DNA of 64,000 nt from contig NC_045697.1 in NCBI RefSeq assembly GCF_009834535.1, forward strand, positions 66,652,001 to 66,716,000, given 5' to 3'. This DNA comes from Camelus ferus. Its lineage: Eukaryota. Both the position numbers and the translations under genes were made by a program. The notes under the pieces are model-generated. The model did no database searches. It was not told where the DNA came from and saw only the letters and a program-made list of their open reading frames with translations. The first letter of the stretch is position 1; each line of letters begins with the position of its first letter. Below, piece after piece: positions 51,635-63,863 of this stretch.

Positions 51635-51840
51635 CATATGGGCAGTAGAACATGAGGTTTAGTATCACGAGCTTCAGAGGCAAGTTAGATGTAGGCTCTA
51701 CTTTGTACTAGGGTCTACTTTGAGACTTTGAACATCATTTCTTTCAGTTTTCTCAGGTAATAATATTACATAATATATAGAGCTGTGTTGATTAAATTAC
51801 TAACATAAGGAAGACACTTTGCACAGTGTCTGGGCATATG
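51635..51840 (+). mobile_element. MIR, interrupted at its 3' end by an MLT1 LTR
   Basis: 'ttcagttttctcagg', 'aagacactttgcacagtgtctgggcata'. Confidence 0.6.
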
Positions 51841-51845
51841 GCAGG

Positions 51846-52233
51846 AATATTAGTCTGCTAATGCAGCCATAACAACATACCACAAGCTGGGTGGCTTAAC
51901 AGCAGAAATTGGATTTTCTCCCAGTTTCGGAGGCTGGAAGTCCGAGATCAAGGAGCAGGCATCGGAGACCTTTCTTCTGGGCTTACCCATGGCTGCCCTC
52001 TTGCTGCCTCTTCCCATGGTCGTCCTGTTGTGGACACACATTCTTGGTGTCTCTGTTTCCTAAACTCTTCTTATGAGGACAGCAGTCATATTGGACAAGG
52101 AGGAACCACCCTAACAGCCTAGTTTTAAGTTAATAACCTCTTTAACCGCCCTCTCTCCAAATACAGTCATGTTCTGAGGTACGTGGGGCTTCAAAATATG
52201 AATCTGGGGGAAATGCAAGTTGAGACCATAATG
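51846..52233 (-). mobile_element. MLT1A/B-like MaLR solo LTR
   Basis: 'gccataacaacataccacaagctgggtggcttaa', 'ggaggctggaagtccgagatcaagg', 'ctccaaatacagtcatgttctgaggtac'; flanks gcagg/gcagc. Confidence 0.9.
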
Positions 52234-52449
52234 GCAGCCCCTCAGTGTTAATTGTTACTCAGAAGTGATTGTTGCTCAGGTGGTGCCTGGTGTCAGAACG
52301 AGTAGCAGGGATGTAGTCAAATAAGAGGACTCCGCTCCGGTTAGCACGGTCGGGATGGGTCACATGGGAACATTGGGGTTTTCCCTGGGTGCTGAGGATG
52401 GTAGTGCAAGTTTAAACAGAAGGTCAGGATTTAGCAATGATGTTTGAAA

Positions 52450-52680
52450 TAATGAGTTTGGATGAGCCTGGTATGATTGGAAAAATGTGAGAAACTTGAT
52501 TTAACAGGAAAAGAGTTTCATATTGGGAAGTCATGAGAGGTTAAGCACCTGTAAGATAGAAGACCAGATTGTAGAGTTGCTTGAAAAGCAGGCTGGGTTT
52601 TTTTTGGTTTTGTTTTTAAGCTCATGTTAAAGATTACTGAACTGGAGTGTGACATGAAGAGAATTTTAGAAGGGTTAAAA
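52450..52680 (-). mobile_element. L2 fragment
   Basis: 'accagattgtagagttgcttgaaaagcaggct', 'gagtgtgacatga..gaattttagaa'. Confidence 0.55.
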
Positions 52681-54329
52681 TTTTTTCTTTAACTCTACAA
52701 ATTTCTCTATATTTTTAATATGAAAAATGAAGTGTGTATTTCACATATTAGAGATGTACTTAACACAAATACCTTTCAGAACATTTGAAATGATCTTGTT
52801 AGCAATTCATGGTAATAGTTGGGTAGTCAGCAGTCTCATAAGGCATGTGCAGCTCCTTGAAATAGTGTGTTCAGATGCTCTCCCCGCCTTGTCTGTGAGA
52901 ACATTTAAGGTATAAGGACCCTTTGCAGACCAGTTTGGTCGGACTTGTAGGTCGTCCCTGAGTCAGTTAGTGAACATTTTACAGAGACTCCTGGAAGCTG
53001 AATATTTCTTTGGATTATTAGAATGTTTCTTACTTCTCATGTTTATTTTAAATATTTTTTACTAATATTATTGTTTGAGCCATATGGGCTGTCTTTAAAA
53101 GGATAACATTCTTTCTTGAAGTGTAATGTAAAATTTCATTACAAAATATGTAGTTGTGTTCCATTTCATAAAGTTAATTTACTTCACAGAGCTTTGTGAA
53201 GTGCTTTGGCTAGTGAAGTTTTTGATCTTTGATTAAAATGTCAGGTAATAAAAATACTATGTGAGTTGAGATAGCTGAAATCTAGGGTAGAGAGTATGAC
53301 TTTAGTTGCAACTGGGAAGGTCTTGTGCATTATTTATTATTTTTGAAATCCCCTTAAAAGTTAAAAAGCTCAGTGTGAGAAGTAATCTAAAAATTAAGTT
53401 TTCAGAGATTTAAATGTTAATTGAATTGTCTGCATGTTCTCAGTGTTGAAGAAGCTTAATAGCTTTTGAATTATTGTTCTAATTGAGAGTGTCAACACAT
53501 CTTGAATTATTGAATGATCCTAAGGACCAGCTCCTCTTAACTTGTTGGAATTGTCTGGGATGCTAAATTTTTCTCTTTTTGCTCATACAGAGGGCCAGAA
53601 CTTTGCAGATCTTTTCATTTTATGATGGCAGTTTTAGTCATGTCATCTTTTAAGGGAAGTAAAGTTACATCTCAATAAAAGGAAACACTGTATCTGTGTC
53701 ACCAGTTCTGAGGCGCTATAATCTCCTCATTATGGCTGTAGTATTAAGACTCTTGCTTACCTTAAACATAATTTCACAGCATAAATCTCCTATACTAGAC
53801 TCTTTGAGAGCTTTATCCTTGGACATTGCTCGCTTTTTACTCTTTATGTCAATAAACTGTTTTCAGGGACAACCGGAGTAAGCAGGGTTGGTCTCTTACA
53901 CATCCATGTGTTCTAGGAATGGATGATAGTAACGTTGGAACATAACAAGAGAAAGCTATTTGGCATTCTGAGGCAAATTAGGTCTTAGGGTCTGCTTTAA
54001 TTTTAAAAACAAAAGCTCTGCTGTTTTAGCCAGAAAACAAAATATCTTGGAGTTAAACATGGAAAATGTTTATAGTGTTGTATAGTTTTATTACTTCAGA
54101 CAGAAGGAAAACAGTTTATTGAGAAACTTTTTCAGCCAATAAGAAATCTTATACAAGCCAACAATCAAGAGGTGAACAAAAAACATTTTCTGGTTTAGGG
54201 AGAATGAATGGTGAAGGCTTAAGACACTTAACCATTCACTTTGAAACAAGTGCAGTCTTTTTTTGCTTTTATGTGACAATAGACAGCTAGCCAAGTAGAA
54301 AGGCTTTGAGTTACAGAATTGGCCTGAAA

Positions 54330-54619
54330 ATGAAGGATGTGCCCTTTTCTATTTTTTCTTCCCTGCTTGCTAGAATGCTAATTTGATGGCTGAACCTCAA
54401 GCCAGTTATCTTGAACCAAGAGTTGGCAGTCACATGTGGAGGATGGTGCAAAAACGATTATCAGAAGAGGCTAGGTCTTTTGGAATCGTGGTGCTGTCAT
54501 ACCAAACCTGTCTGTTACCTGGAGATTTTATTTACGAAAGAGGAATAATCTGTCTGTTTAAGCCACTGTTGTTTTAGGTTTTCTATCACTCATAGCTGAA
54601 TATAATTGTGAGTCATACA
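54330..54619 (+). mobile_element. MLT1J-like LTR 3' part
   Basis: 'tgatggctgaacctcaagccagttatcttga', 'tgtttaagccactgttgttttaggttttct', ending 'gagtcataca'. Confidence 0.72.
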
Positions 54620-54640
54620 CCCTCCCCTGTTGCATCTACT

Positions 54641-54875
54641 CCTGGAGTCAGTAAACTATAGTCTGCTGACCAAATCCAGCCCACTGTCCATTTTGTAAAC
54701 AAAGTTTTATTGGAACACAGCCATGCCCGTTTGCTTACGTACTGTCTGCGGCTGGCAGTGACTGCTCTCCTGCTGCAGTGGCAGGGTGGAGCAGTTGTGT
54801 TAGAGACCATGTGACCCCCAAAGCCTAAAACATGTATGACTGGCCCTTCATAGAAAAAAAAAATTGCTGGTCTTG
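54641..54875. mobile_element. MER58A-like hAT MITE
   Basis: 'gtcagtaaactatag...ccaaatccagcccac...tttgtaaacaaagttttattggaacacagccatgccc...ctggcccttcatagaaaaa'. Confidence 0.9.
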
Positions 54876-55039
54876 TCTGTGCATTGACCTCACTTATTTT
54901 TCTTTGAAAATGTCTCTTTTATTGTTCTTTTTTCCTGTATTTATACAGGTCCTTTACCAGGCTAACCATTTTTACTTTACATTTGAACTACTTTAGCTGT
55001 CTTATTGTAAGCTTTCTTAAATCATTTGTAACGCTACCA

Positions 55040-56085
55040 TTTATTCATTCTACCAGATGCACCGTAACACTGTAAGCTTTTGTAAAGTTCACATTATGTC
55101 ACTCCTCTGATCAGAAATTTTTGGTGATTTCCTATTTCCTACAGCATCACATCATACAATTTGTCTTTTATGATTCTTTATATTTTTGCCCTGCTCCAGC
55201 ATGCCAACATTATTTTTTGTTCATTTATTCATTAATTTAACTTACTTTAAAAATACCAATGTGTCCTGGGAAACCTGAAGCGAACCCACAATTCCAGTGA
55301 CTCTTTGCCTGTAAAGTAGTAAATAGCTTCTGTTGGTCGCTTAGCCACAAGTCTTCCCTATTCTGCTCTTATCTTCCATACAGCTTTTTGGGTGAGTTTT
55401 CTGGAATGCAGTTCTGATAATGTCACAGTCCTGACTACAGCCCACATCACCTGCATGGCAGGCAGTGCAGGTTAAATCTGTGCATGGCATAGTGTACAAG
55501 GCTTTGTCTGATTTGGCCCTTGCGTATTTTCTACAATTCTGTTTCTTCTTTGAGAGGACCTTTCACTATAACCTTGAGGGCTTGCCCTTTATAAAATTTC
55601 TGCCCAGTTTTTTCTTCTTTTGCACATACAATACCTCTGTCTAAAGAATCCTTCCTTCCACCTTCTTCCTGCCAGCCCTTTTCTGCAATAATTACGTGTC
55701 TGTATTAACTCTTCCTAAGTGACGCACAGGTGCCTCCTTCACTGTGAGGTGTCCTGCCCCTCCTGAGTTCACCACTCCTCCTCTGTGTTTCCATGCAGCC
55801 TTGTGCGTACTTACCCTTGAGCCCTTGTGTATGAGCCCAGTGACTCCTTGGACTGAAGTTTCCTGGTCATATGTTCTCCTTGGGTCTTGTTGTTTTCCCT
55901 TATGCCAGTTATCACAGTTGTGTGCTGTATTTCTCTGTATTGCCATGGGATGAATGTCCTTCCAGTTCATCACTTTCCTGACCCTAGGCCAGACCTGCAG
56001 CCTTGTGCTCACCATTGAATTTCCCAGCATACAGCTAAGTACCTGGCACACAACCGACACTCAGTACTTGGTTGTTGAATGAGTA
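55040..56085 (+). mobile_element. L2 fragments including 3' end
   Basis: 'tatgtcactcctctgatcaga', 'ttctgataatgtcac', 'ccccagcatacagctaagtacctggcacaca...gttgaatga'. Confidence 0.72.
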
Positions 56086-56169
56086 GACTAATTTGTGGAG
56101 GGCAAAAGATATTTTTTTCTTTTATGTTTGTGTCTGTGTCGCATAGCACAGAACACAGCAATGTTAATT

Positions 56170-56383
56170 TATCACTAATGAAGCCTTAAAGAGTACTTTT
56201 TTTAAAACAGAGACTCTTTTCTTCAAATAAATCTTATCAAAAGTCCAATGTATAAAAGAGATAAAAGCAGAACTTCCATGTTTGAATACCCCTCCCCTGG
56301 CTCCCCACTAGGGCTCCTGAGGGAACGTCACAGCATCCCCTGGCCTCCCCCTCAGGGCTGGGCAGTGTTTGGGAAACCACTGG
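56170..56383. mobile_element. hAT-Charlie-like MITE fragment
   Basis: 'aaatcttatcaaaagtccaatgtataaaagagataaaagcagaac' and terminal 'gtttgggaaaccactg'. Confidence 0.5.
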
Positions 56384-57214
56384 AGAGTGGAAATAACTTT
56401 GGCTGCAGCAGCAGGTGAGCAGTGTTTTTCGTCAAGCCCTGGCTGTCCCTGTCTGTCCCTGGGCAAGCGATTTAAGTGCTCCGGGACTTGGTTTTCTTAT
56501 CTTTGAAATGAAAGGTTCAAACTTACAGTTCTTGGTGTTTCTTTCCAGCTATGCAAGTATATTTAAACGTTTCAGGTTTTTTCCAGCTCTTGGTCCCCAC
56601 TTAGATATGCTTGTTCTCTTATTGGAGCGTGCTTGCCTCTGCCTCACTTGTGTGCTGGATTTCTCTGACTACCGTGCCAACTCATCTCAGAAGTCTTCCC
56701 CAGCTACCCCTTTGCGTATTGCACCTGTCACGTTCATTGTCTACAGCACGTAAACTAGAACCTAGCAGAGTTGGCTTGGTACAGAGTTTCCATGCCGAAC
56801 ATGCTTTAGCAAGTAGATTGGCCAGACACCCACTTTGCTTACCTTAAACAACCTAATCCTATTTCATAATACTAAGGCACATTCTTTCCATATGTATATT
56901 ATTTGCCTCCTGATAAACATGTAAATATATTCTGTGGGAGGGAACGCTGTGTGGAGTGTCTCCTGTTGATCAGTCACCTCAGTCAGCTTTATCTGTGTAA
57001 TTGCACAGACTTCATATTTCTATGTACCTCTTATCCTTTACTATTTACTTGTTGATGGGCTGATCATTTGAAAATTAATCACCTATTAATTCCTCAAGTT
57101 AGGAGAAACAGGAAAATGCGCTTTCAATTGCTGAGATCACAATTCCAGTGAGATTGTACTTATACAAGAGGGGCAATCCATTGAAGTCCTCTCTATCCAT
57201 TTGTCATTAGATTC

Positions 57215-57425
57215 AAGAATGGAGCAGAAGAGGGACCTGCTTTTGCAGTCAGGTCTGAATTTGAATCAGATTTCTGCACGCCTTTCCACAGATTAAAACC
57301 CCTTTGACTTTAGATTCCTTATTTTTAATAGAGTAATGCCTACTTTCTCAGGGTTGTTGTGAGGATTAGAGCTAACATATGTCTAGAGCCTGTCACATAG
57401 TAGGCAACCCGCCCCACGTAACTGT
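57215..57425 (+). mobile_element. MIR
   Basis: 'gcagtcaggtctgaatttgaatc', 'gcctactttctcagggttgttgtgaggattaga', 'gcctgtcacatagtaggc'. Confidence 0.8.
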
Positions 57426-60400
57426 TCATGGTATTTCTTAACACTGGAGGAATCTGAGACGAACTCCCTATGGCCAAAGAAAAAGATCTAGGTATTTGAT
57501 AGGGTCCATGCAAATCCATTTGTTTTCTGGCCGGGCTTGTGTAAGAGATTTCAAATTGAAGTTACGAGCTTTTTTTTTCCTTCAGGCTAATTCTCTCCTG
57601 GTTTGAAAATGGTGAAAGAAATTGGAGAAAATAAGGAGAAATAGGAACTTTCATTAAAGCTGTTCAAATTTTGTGGGACTGATTTTTTTTTCTTCTGAAT
57701 TTATTTAGTAGCACACTGGAGGAGTGTTCTTCTTGATGAATATGTTTCAAAGAAATGTAGTTTGATTTAGACAAGAGTAAATTGTGTAAGTTTGTTCTCA
57801 TGTTTACACATACGCACAGGAGTATTGCTACGATAAACACTTCTTTAGGCACTCGGCAGCTCTGAACTGTATTGAGACTAACAACCCTATGATCCAACAA
57901 TGGAACATTTGTGGAATTGAGAAAGACAAAGAAACATTGGAAAGCAGGGTCATTGGTGCATAGGGAAAGCATTAAACCAGCAAAGCACTTAGAATGGACA
58001 TGCGACCACACAGTTGTAGAAAAAAAAATTTTGAGTCTCTCAACACAAAGTCTTGGTTTTGGACTCCCTTAGTTTAAATATTGACTTCTGAAATGGGATG
58101 AAAGTTGATATGTGCCCTGTTGCAATGTCTTTCTCACCACATATTAAGTGGCAATAACGTAACCTTGTTGGGTAGAAGCTAGTACTGAGTTGTTCCTGAT
58201 TTACAGCTCTGGTAATTTTTCTTGTTCTGGGAATACCCTGCATGAGAACACATGTTGAAGCTAAAATTGGCTTTAAACCTACCTAAGTAAAAGAATTCTT
58301 CTCGTATAACCAACTTATAAATATTTAGATTTTAAAATGGTGTTTCAATATATAGATCTTATTCCCTTTTTCAGAGAAATTATCAAAAGAATAAAAAATA
58401 TAAGCATAGAGACAAAGGTAGCATTAGGAGTAATTACAAAGAATGATAGTTCAGTTTTAGAAGAAAATAGAATGCTTAAGCAGCCCTGAAAAAAACAGTG
58501 TAAGAATTTTGCCATAAGAAGGACAAGCGTATGCTTGCTTATTCAAAGGGTAAGGAATATACTGTAATGAAAAAAATGCAAACTTTTTAATTAGTCACAA
58601 TGTTTGTTACTGTGAGTAATCCATTATGCAGTGGACATTCTCTAAGTCATGAACCCTTTATAATGAGCTCTATGGAAAATCTCCCAGTAATTGGGTAATT
58701 CCAGAGCCTTCACTTGGCTATGCATATATGGCATAAGTGTTAAGAGAGTTTATGGCTTAATTGTCATGCCTGAGAAATTTTTGCATTTTATTAACTTTAA
58801 CTTAAAGTACCATTGGGTTGAAAACCTAAAGTTTGATGACTAAATTCAGATTATATGCAATGATTGAAAAATATTTTATATGGTAGGTTTATACTGAAAA
58901 ATTTTCATGAACACAATCATCTGTATCCTAAGAGATAATGTGGGAAAGTTTAAGGGTAGAGTCTGAAATTCCACGAAGGGAAGGAGGGCCCTTGGAGAAA
59001 TGTTTAATCTTGGGAGGTGACAGGAAGTGGCAGGAAGACCAAGCATGTGAGGTATTTTTATACACAACTGATGGGTAGGGAAGAGATAGGAATCCATGAC
59101 AAAATATGTCAAAAGTTGGGTTATGTTCAAACTCTGTATGTTTACGAAAAATAAAACCATGGAATTAAGGAATAGTTTCCTCTTTTGACCAAGCCCAAGC
59201 AAGCCCTTGTAGACCTTTTGTGCAGTCTTCAGCTCCCTGAAGTAGACATACAAGCACCTTGAACATCTTTCTTGGGCTTAGTGATTAATGTATTTGACTT
59301 GAGAAGCCCACCTAGAAGTGGAGCCATGCAGGAAATAGGGGGAGTTACAAATGCCGCATTCTCCTTACAGATTATGTACATCAACACATTTGTTGTAAAG
59401 TGACCTTCTATGATTGCATTCCATTTTCTTACTAACTTCTCTTATAGAATAGATAACTTTATAAGTGTTTTTGTCCATGTGAATTAGACTAATATTCCTT
59501 TAAAACTACTTAATGAAATAGTAGGAACATGAAAAATTCTGACTGTGGTACTGTAAGAGCTCAAAATAAGTCAGATCCAGAAATTTATCAGAGAACGTGA
59601 GATAGCACCCATGACCATGTTCTTTATCCCGCTTGGAAGGTTATCTCCATAAGGGTAGTGATAATAACATTTTAGGATTTTGATTAATTTTCCTATTAGC
59701 TGTATAATTATAAACAATACTTGTAACTTTATATTCAGAGAGATTTTGTTTTTCCTTTTTGTCATCTTCGGACTTTCTTGGCATCTCTCCAGTTGCCATT
59801 ACTTAAAATATTTGTATGGTTTATTTTTTATTCAGAAAGAAAGAGGTAGCTAGAGACCAAAGTGATTACCTTGCTCGTAGCGGCAGCCCCACCTGCCCTG
59901 TCTCCCTCCCTCTTCAGGATAAGACCTCACTGCGTGTCCACTGGAAGAATGTTACAATGCTAAGTGTTGGCATGTGGTGAGTAATTAAAAAAAATAAATA
60001 AAGGCAGGTTTAAGAAAGATATTTTTTATGGGCTACACTTTAAATGAGAAAATTTGAAAATGCTATACTAAGTTCTGGACAAAACACGTTTATTTAAAAA
60101 TTAGGTATCTTACTTTATCGGGCTGAAAAATGTCAGAAAATTTACACTGCTGTTTTAGACACTGAAATGTTAGGAGGAGTATTTGAGAAGCGGCAACCTC
60201 AAAGTAACTTTACACTCCTTAAATTAGTCTTAGCTTTGATCCTTATGCCGAAACTTAAAGGCAGCTCACAGACTTGGGCAGGTGGCAGGCACACGGCCCA
60301 TGGGCCTCTGGTGTTCGAGTCAGCGCTAAAATCCATCCCGGGCTAAGTCAGTGTATTTGCATTTTAGGATTAGGAGCCTATGTTCATGTTGCAAGAACAG

Positions 60401-60439
60401 AATCAACAGAGCAGAAACCTTCCTCTTCTGCTTTAGCTT

Positions 60440-60612
60440 TCTCCTTACTAACGTGCTGTATTTCACTTTTGAATCTGGTTTATAATTTGTCTTCTTCACT
60501 ACAGTGTAAGCTCTGTCTGGGCAGGGAATTGTCTGCTTTGTTCCCCTTTGTATCTTCAGTTCTTGTAACAGTGCCTGGCACACAGTATATGCTCAATATT
60601 TGTAGACTGAAA
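60440..60612 (+). mobile_element. L2 3' end
   Basis: 'gtgtaagctctgtctgggcagggaattgtctgctttgttc...aacagtgcctggcacacagtatatgctcaatatttg'. Confidence 0.88.
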
Positions 60613-61040
60613 TTCTAACTTTGTCAAATAAGTATGTCTTTAAGTTGAGAAGTCGGCTAAGGAATTAATGTTCACTGTGTTCTGACTGCCTAGTGGTTTC
60701 TTATATGTAAAAAGTGATACTTTCATGAGGTTTTAAATGTTTGCTATACTTTTCAGTGTTTCAATATTTACTACACTCAAGAACTATAATTACAGATTAA
60801 CTTGCAAGCCTAGGATTATGTTTTTGTTCTATATCTTATTTTATATTTTACAGCCCTTTAAAATTCTGCTTTTTTGTTGTATAAACCCATTAAAATCAGC
60901 AATAACTTATTAATTGATCCTGAGACAATCTTTTTTTTTTACGTTTTCATCTCTTTGTTGAACTTCTCCTTTTGTTATTATACTGTTTCCTTATCTGTTA
61001 CATTGTTTATCTGGGTTCTCTCATAGCTCTCTTAGCACCT

Positions 61041-61130
61041 TGTTGTTTGTTTGTTTAATGGAGGTACTGGGGATTGAACCCAGGACCTTGTGCATGCTAA
61101 GCACGCGTTCTACCACTGAGCTATATCCCT
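61041..61130 (-). mobile_element. tRNA-Ala(AGC)-derived SINE (camelid Vic-1 type)
   Basis: Reverse complement of 61059-61130 = AGGGATATAGCTCAGTGGTAGAACGCGTGCTTAGCATGCACAAGGTCCTGGGTTCAATCCCCAGTACCTCCA, followed by a (CAAA)n A-rich tail. Confidence 0.9.
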
Positions 61131-61159
61131 GCCTGCCTCCCCTCAAGACCCACAGTCTT

Positions 61160-61293
61160 AAAACATTTTACAATTGCTGAATTTGGGATATATCTTAATG
61201 TCATCATATGACAATAACACCATTTTTTTCCTTACTGCTACATAAAATGGTGATGTGCTGCATCATATAAATGTTCTATATTTGATGAAATAC
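61160..61293. mobile_element. Ancient TcMar-Tigger-like fragment
   Basis: 'cataaaatggtg...atatttgatgaaatac' resembles the terminus of old Tigger MITEs. Confidence 0.45.
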
Positions 61294-62499
61294 TTTAGTT
61301 ATGCTTTGAAATTTTGGATAGTGTTTGAGAATCCTTAAATTTCTAGAGTGATTTCCATTTGAATCACAAAACTAGTGTGAAAAGCCTTCACAAAAACACC
61401 TTACAGTCCTATTTCCTACACTTCATATACCTCAGTTACTCTAACAAAATATTTTGGAGGGGGTTTCCTCTTACTAAATACTGAACTGGAGGGACTGCTT
61501 GATCGCCCAGCAGTGATTTCAAGGTACTACTTCTGACATCGCATGTAATGGAAACCTGTCCGTTTGCAGTTTGACAAATGAACTCAGCCCTTCGTGTGAC
61601 CTTATCTGTAAGGTGCACTTTCCATCTCCTAAGTAAACCAGAGGTGCCCTTCAGAGGCCATTCAATTTTTGATAGCATATTAGAATCACATGTAAAAGAA
61701 GTGTTTGTGAGAGTCCAGAATATGTCTCCCAGGTGGGGAAGCAAGGGCTTGTGAGAGTTGTCAGAGAAACTGTAGAGTTGTCAGGTTTTGAAGAGACTGT
61801 TTGCTGCCTCTGATTCACTGACTGTCTTGGTAGAAAGTCATCCAATCCCTCTAAGCCGCAATTTCAATTCTTGTGAAATGAGAGAACTGGACCGTGGAAT
61901 GTGATAAAAATAACTGTTTTCGCTCTAGGAATGGATTGTGTTAGAAAGGTTCAATTTGATTTAAGTTTAAAAAAAGAAAATGGGAGCATCCATTGGTTGG
62001 AATTGAGTGACCCCATCAGTGTTTGAACTCAGTATGTTTATTGATTGAATTAGTCACTATAAAAAACTTTTACTAAGGTAGTTTATTATTCTACTTGTCA
62101 CTTTAAGGAAGAGCAGTGTGGTCCTCAGCTCTATTCCCTGTGTCAATTAACTGTAACATTTAGTTTCATGTGGCGATTAAAACATGATGGATAAGCATGT
62201 GCTACCCTAATGTAATTCAGAAATGCCTCAGCCACAGGTGGCAGCTCCTTATCCATTTCCTTTCCTGATCTTACTGAGCCTGACACCACAAAGATCAGAT
62301 TTAATTACCATTTTCCTCTTACTGCTTGTCTATTGATAGACTTACTGCTTTCAATATTTAATGTTACAGAATATTTGGATTATGTAATCCAGCAAAATTC
62401 TAGTTTTTAATGCATCTGATAACTGTGTAAATTTCAATAATGAGATGAACATAAGTGTTATTAGCAGATTTCAATTCCAGGTAAAACTTTTTTGATTTA

Positions 62500-62645
62500 T
62501 AATTTTATAATTATTCAGTTTCACCATTTATAAGATGGAGATAATGCGCATCTTGAAGTATTTAAATATTAGAAGCACTATAGTGAAAACACTTTCATAG
62601 AACCCAGTTAATAGTAGTTGCTAAGTAAATATCAGTGTCGTAACT
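62500..62645 (+). mobile_element. MIR fragment
   Basis: 'ttcagtttcaccatttataagatggagataat...gtgaaaacactt'. Confidence 0.6.
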
Positions 62646-62699
62646 ATAATTGATAATCACTCTTTGATTATTCATAACTCATTTATTGAATTTAAAAGT

Positions 62700-63200
62700 T
62701 CATATTTGAATTTATGAGTTGCTTTTGATGAACTTCTAAAACTTGGATTACTAACCAAAAAAAGTATTTGACATTGACATTTTAAAGACTCCAGTCATAC
62801 ATGTAAATTGCTTTTCAGAATGTTTGTATTAATTTATACTTGCATCATAAGTGTGTAAGTGTGTTTTTTCTCCATACCCTTCCCAATATTGAATATTATG
62901 AAAACTTTAGACTGATTTACTTAGGTGGGATCTCTCACAGTTAATTTTCATTTGTTTTGTCAACAATGAAGTTAAATTATTTTCATGGTTATGGTTCTTT
63001 GCTGTGAGTTATCACTGCATGATTTTTCCTTTTATTTAGTATTTTTCTTACTAACTTAATTATATTAAGGCTATTAAAACTCTGTCATATTTCTAAAAAA
63101 GATATTCATAGCCTGGTATTTATCCTTCATTTTACTTTGAAAAAAATTTAACATTTAGTTTCTATAGAAGAATCATTTAAAATATCTTTTTCCACACTGA
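62700..63200 (-). mobile_element. Ancient L1 (L1ME-like) fragment
   Basis: 'aaattgcttttcagaatgtttgtattaatttatact', 'ttttttctccataccct', 'gttaattttcattt'. Confidence 0.65.
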
Positions 63201-63863
63201 ATCTTTTTTCAACAGCCTTTGCTGTCTCTCTCTAGTCTTTCCTAGATTAGTTTGCAGGACTCCTCAATTTCTGGTCTTCTCATGCATCCCTCATCTCTCC
63301 TTTGGATTCCAGTTGTGCCCTGATTCATGTGGATCCCATATAGCATCAAAAAATAGGCAGACCACACCACTAACTCTGAGGAGCCAGCACACTGCACAGG
63401 GAGGAAGCTTCCAGTTTGTTAAGAAAGTGTTGGGGCTGCTTCAGGCTCCATAATCTGTGTCGGCATTGGGGGTTGGCCAGGTGAGTGGGAGGTATGTGTC
63501 CTTGGCCAGCTCTGCAAAGAGGACGCAGAATATTGCTTGGTTGTGATAAAATGAAGAACAACTTACTCTGCCCAAAAACATCCTCAAGTGTTCAGAGATT
63601 CAGGTTCTTGTTTGGAGACTTCGGGAGTTTGGTGCCTGCATCTGAGCATATTTTAATTTGCCTTTCTTTAATACCTTGAGGTGGTAGTACCTTTTTGATT
63701 TTGCTTAATGATTTCACCTAAAGATTTATGGACAACGTCTTTAAAATATATTTGTTTTTCTTAGTAAAGTTTGATCAGAATATCTATTCCTATTTTTAGA
63801 AATTTTTATGACATTTCCCATATATAGCCTAAATGAGATGTAATATTTTCTGCTCTTCATTTC

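Noticed and set aside
58876..59253. 125-aa minus-strand ORF
   Set aside because: No recognisable domain or splice signals
61059..61130. Functional tRNA-Ala gene
   Set aside because: Acceptor and anticodon stem mismatches, an A-rich tail and no T-run terminator indicate a SINE
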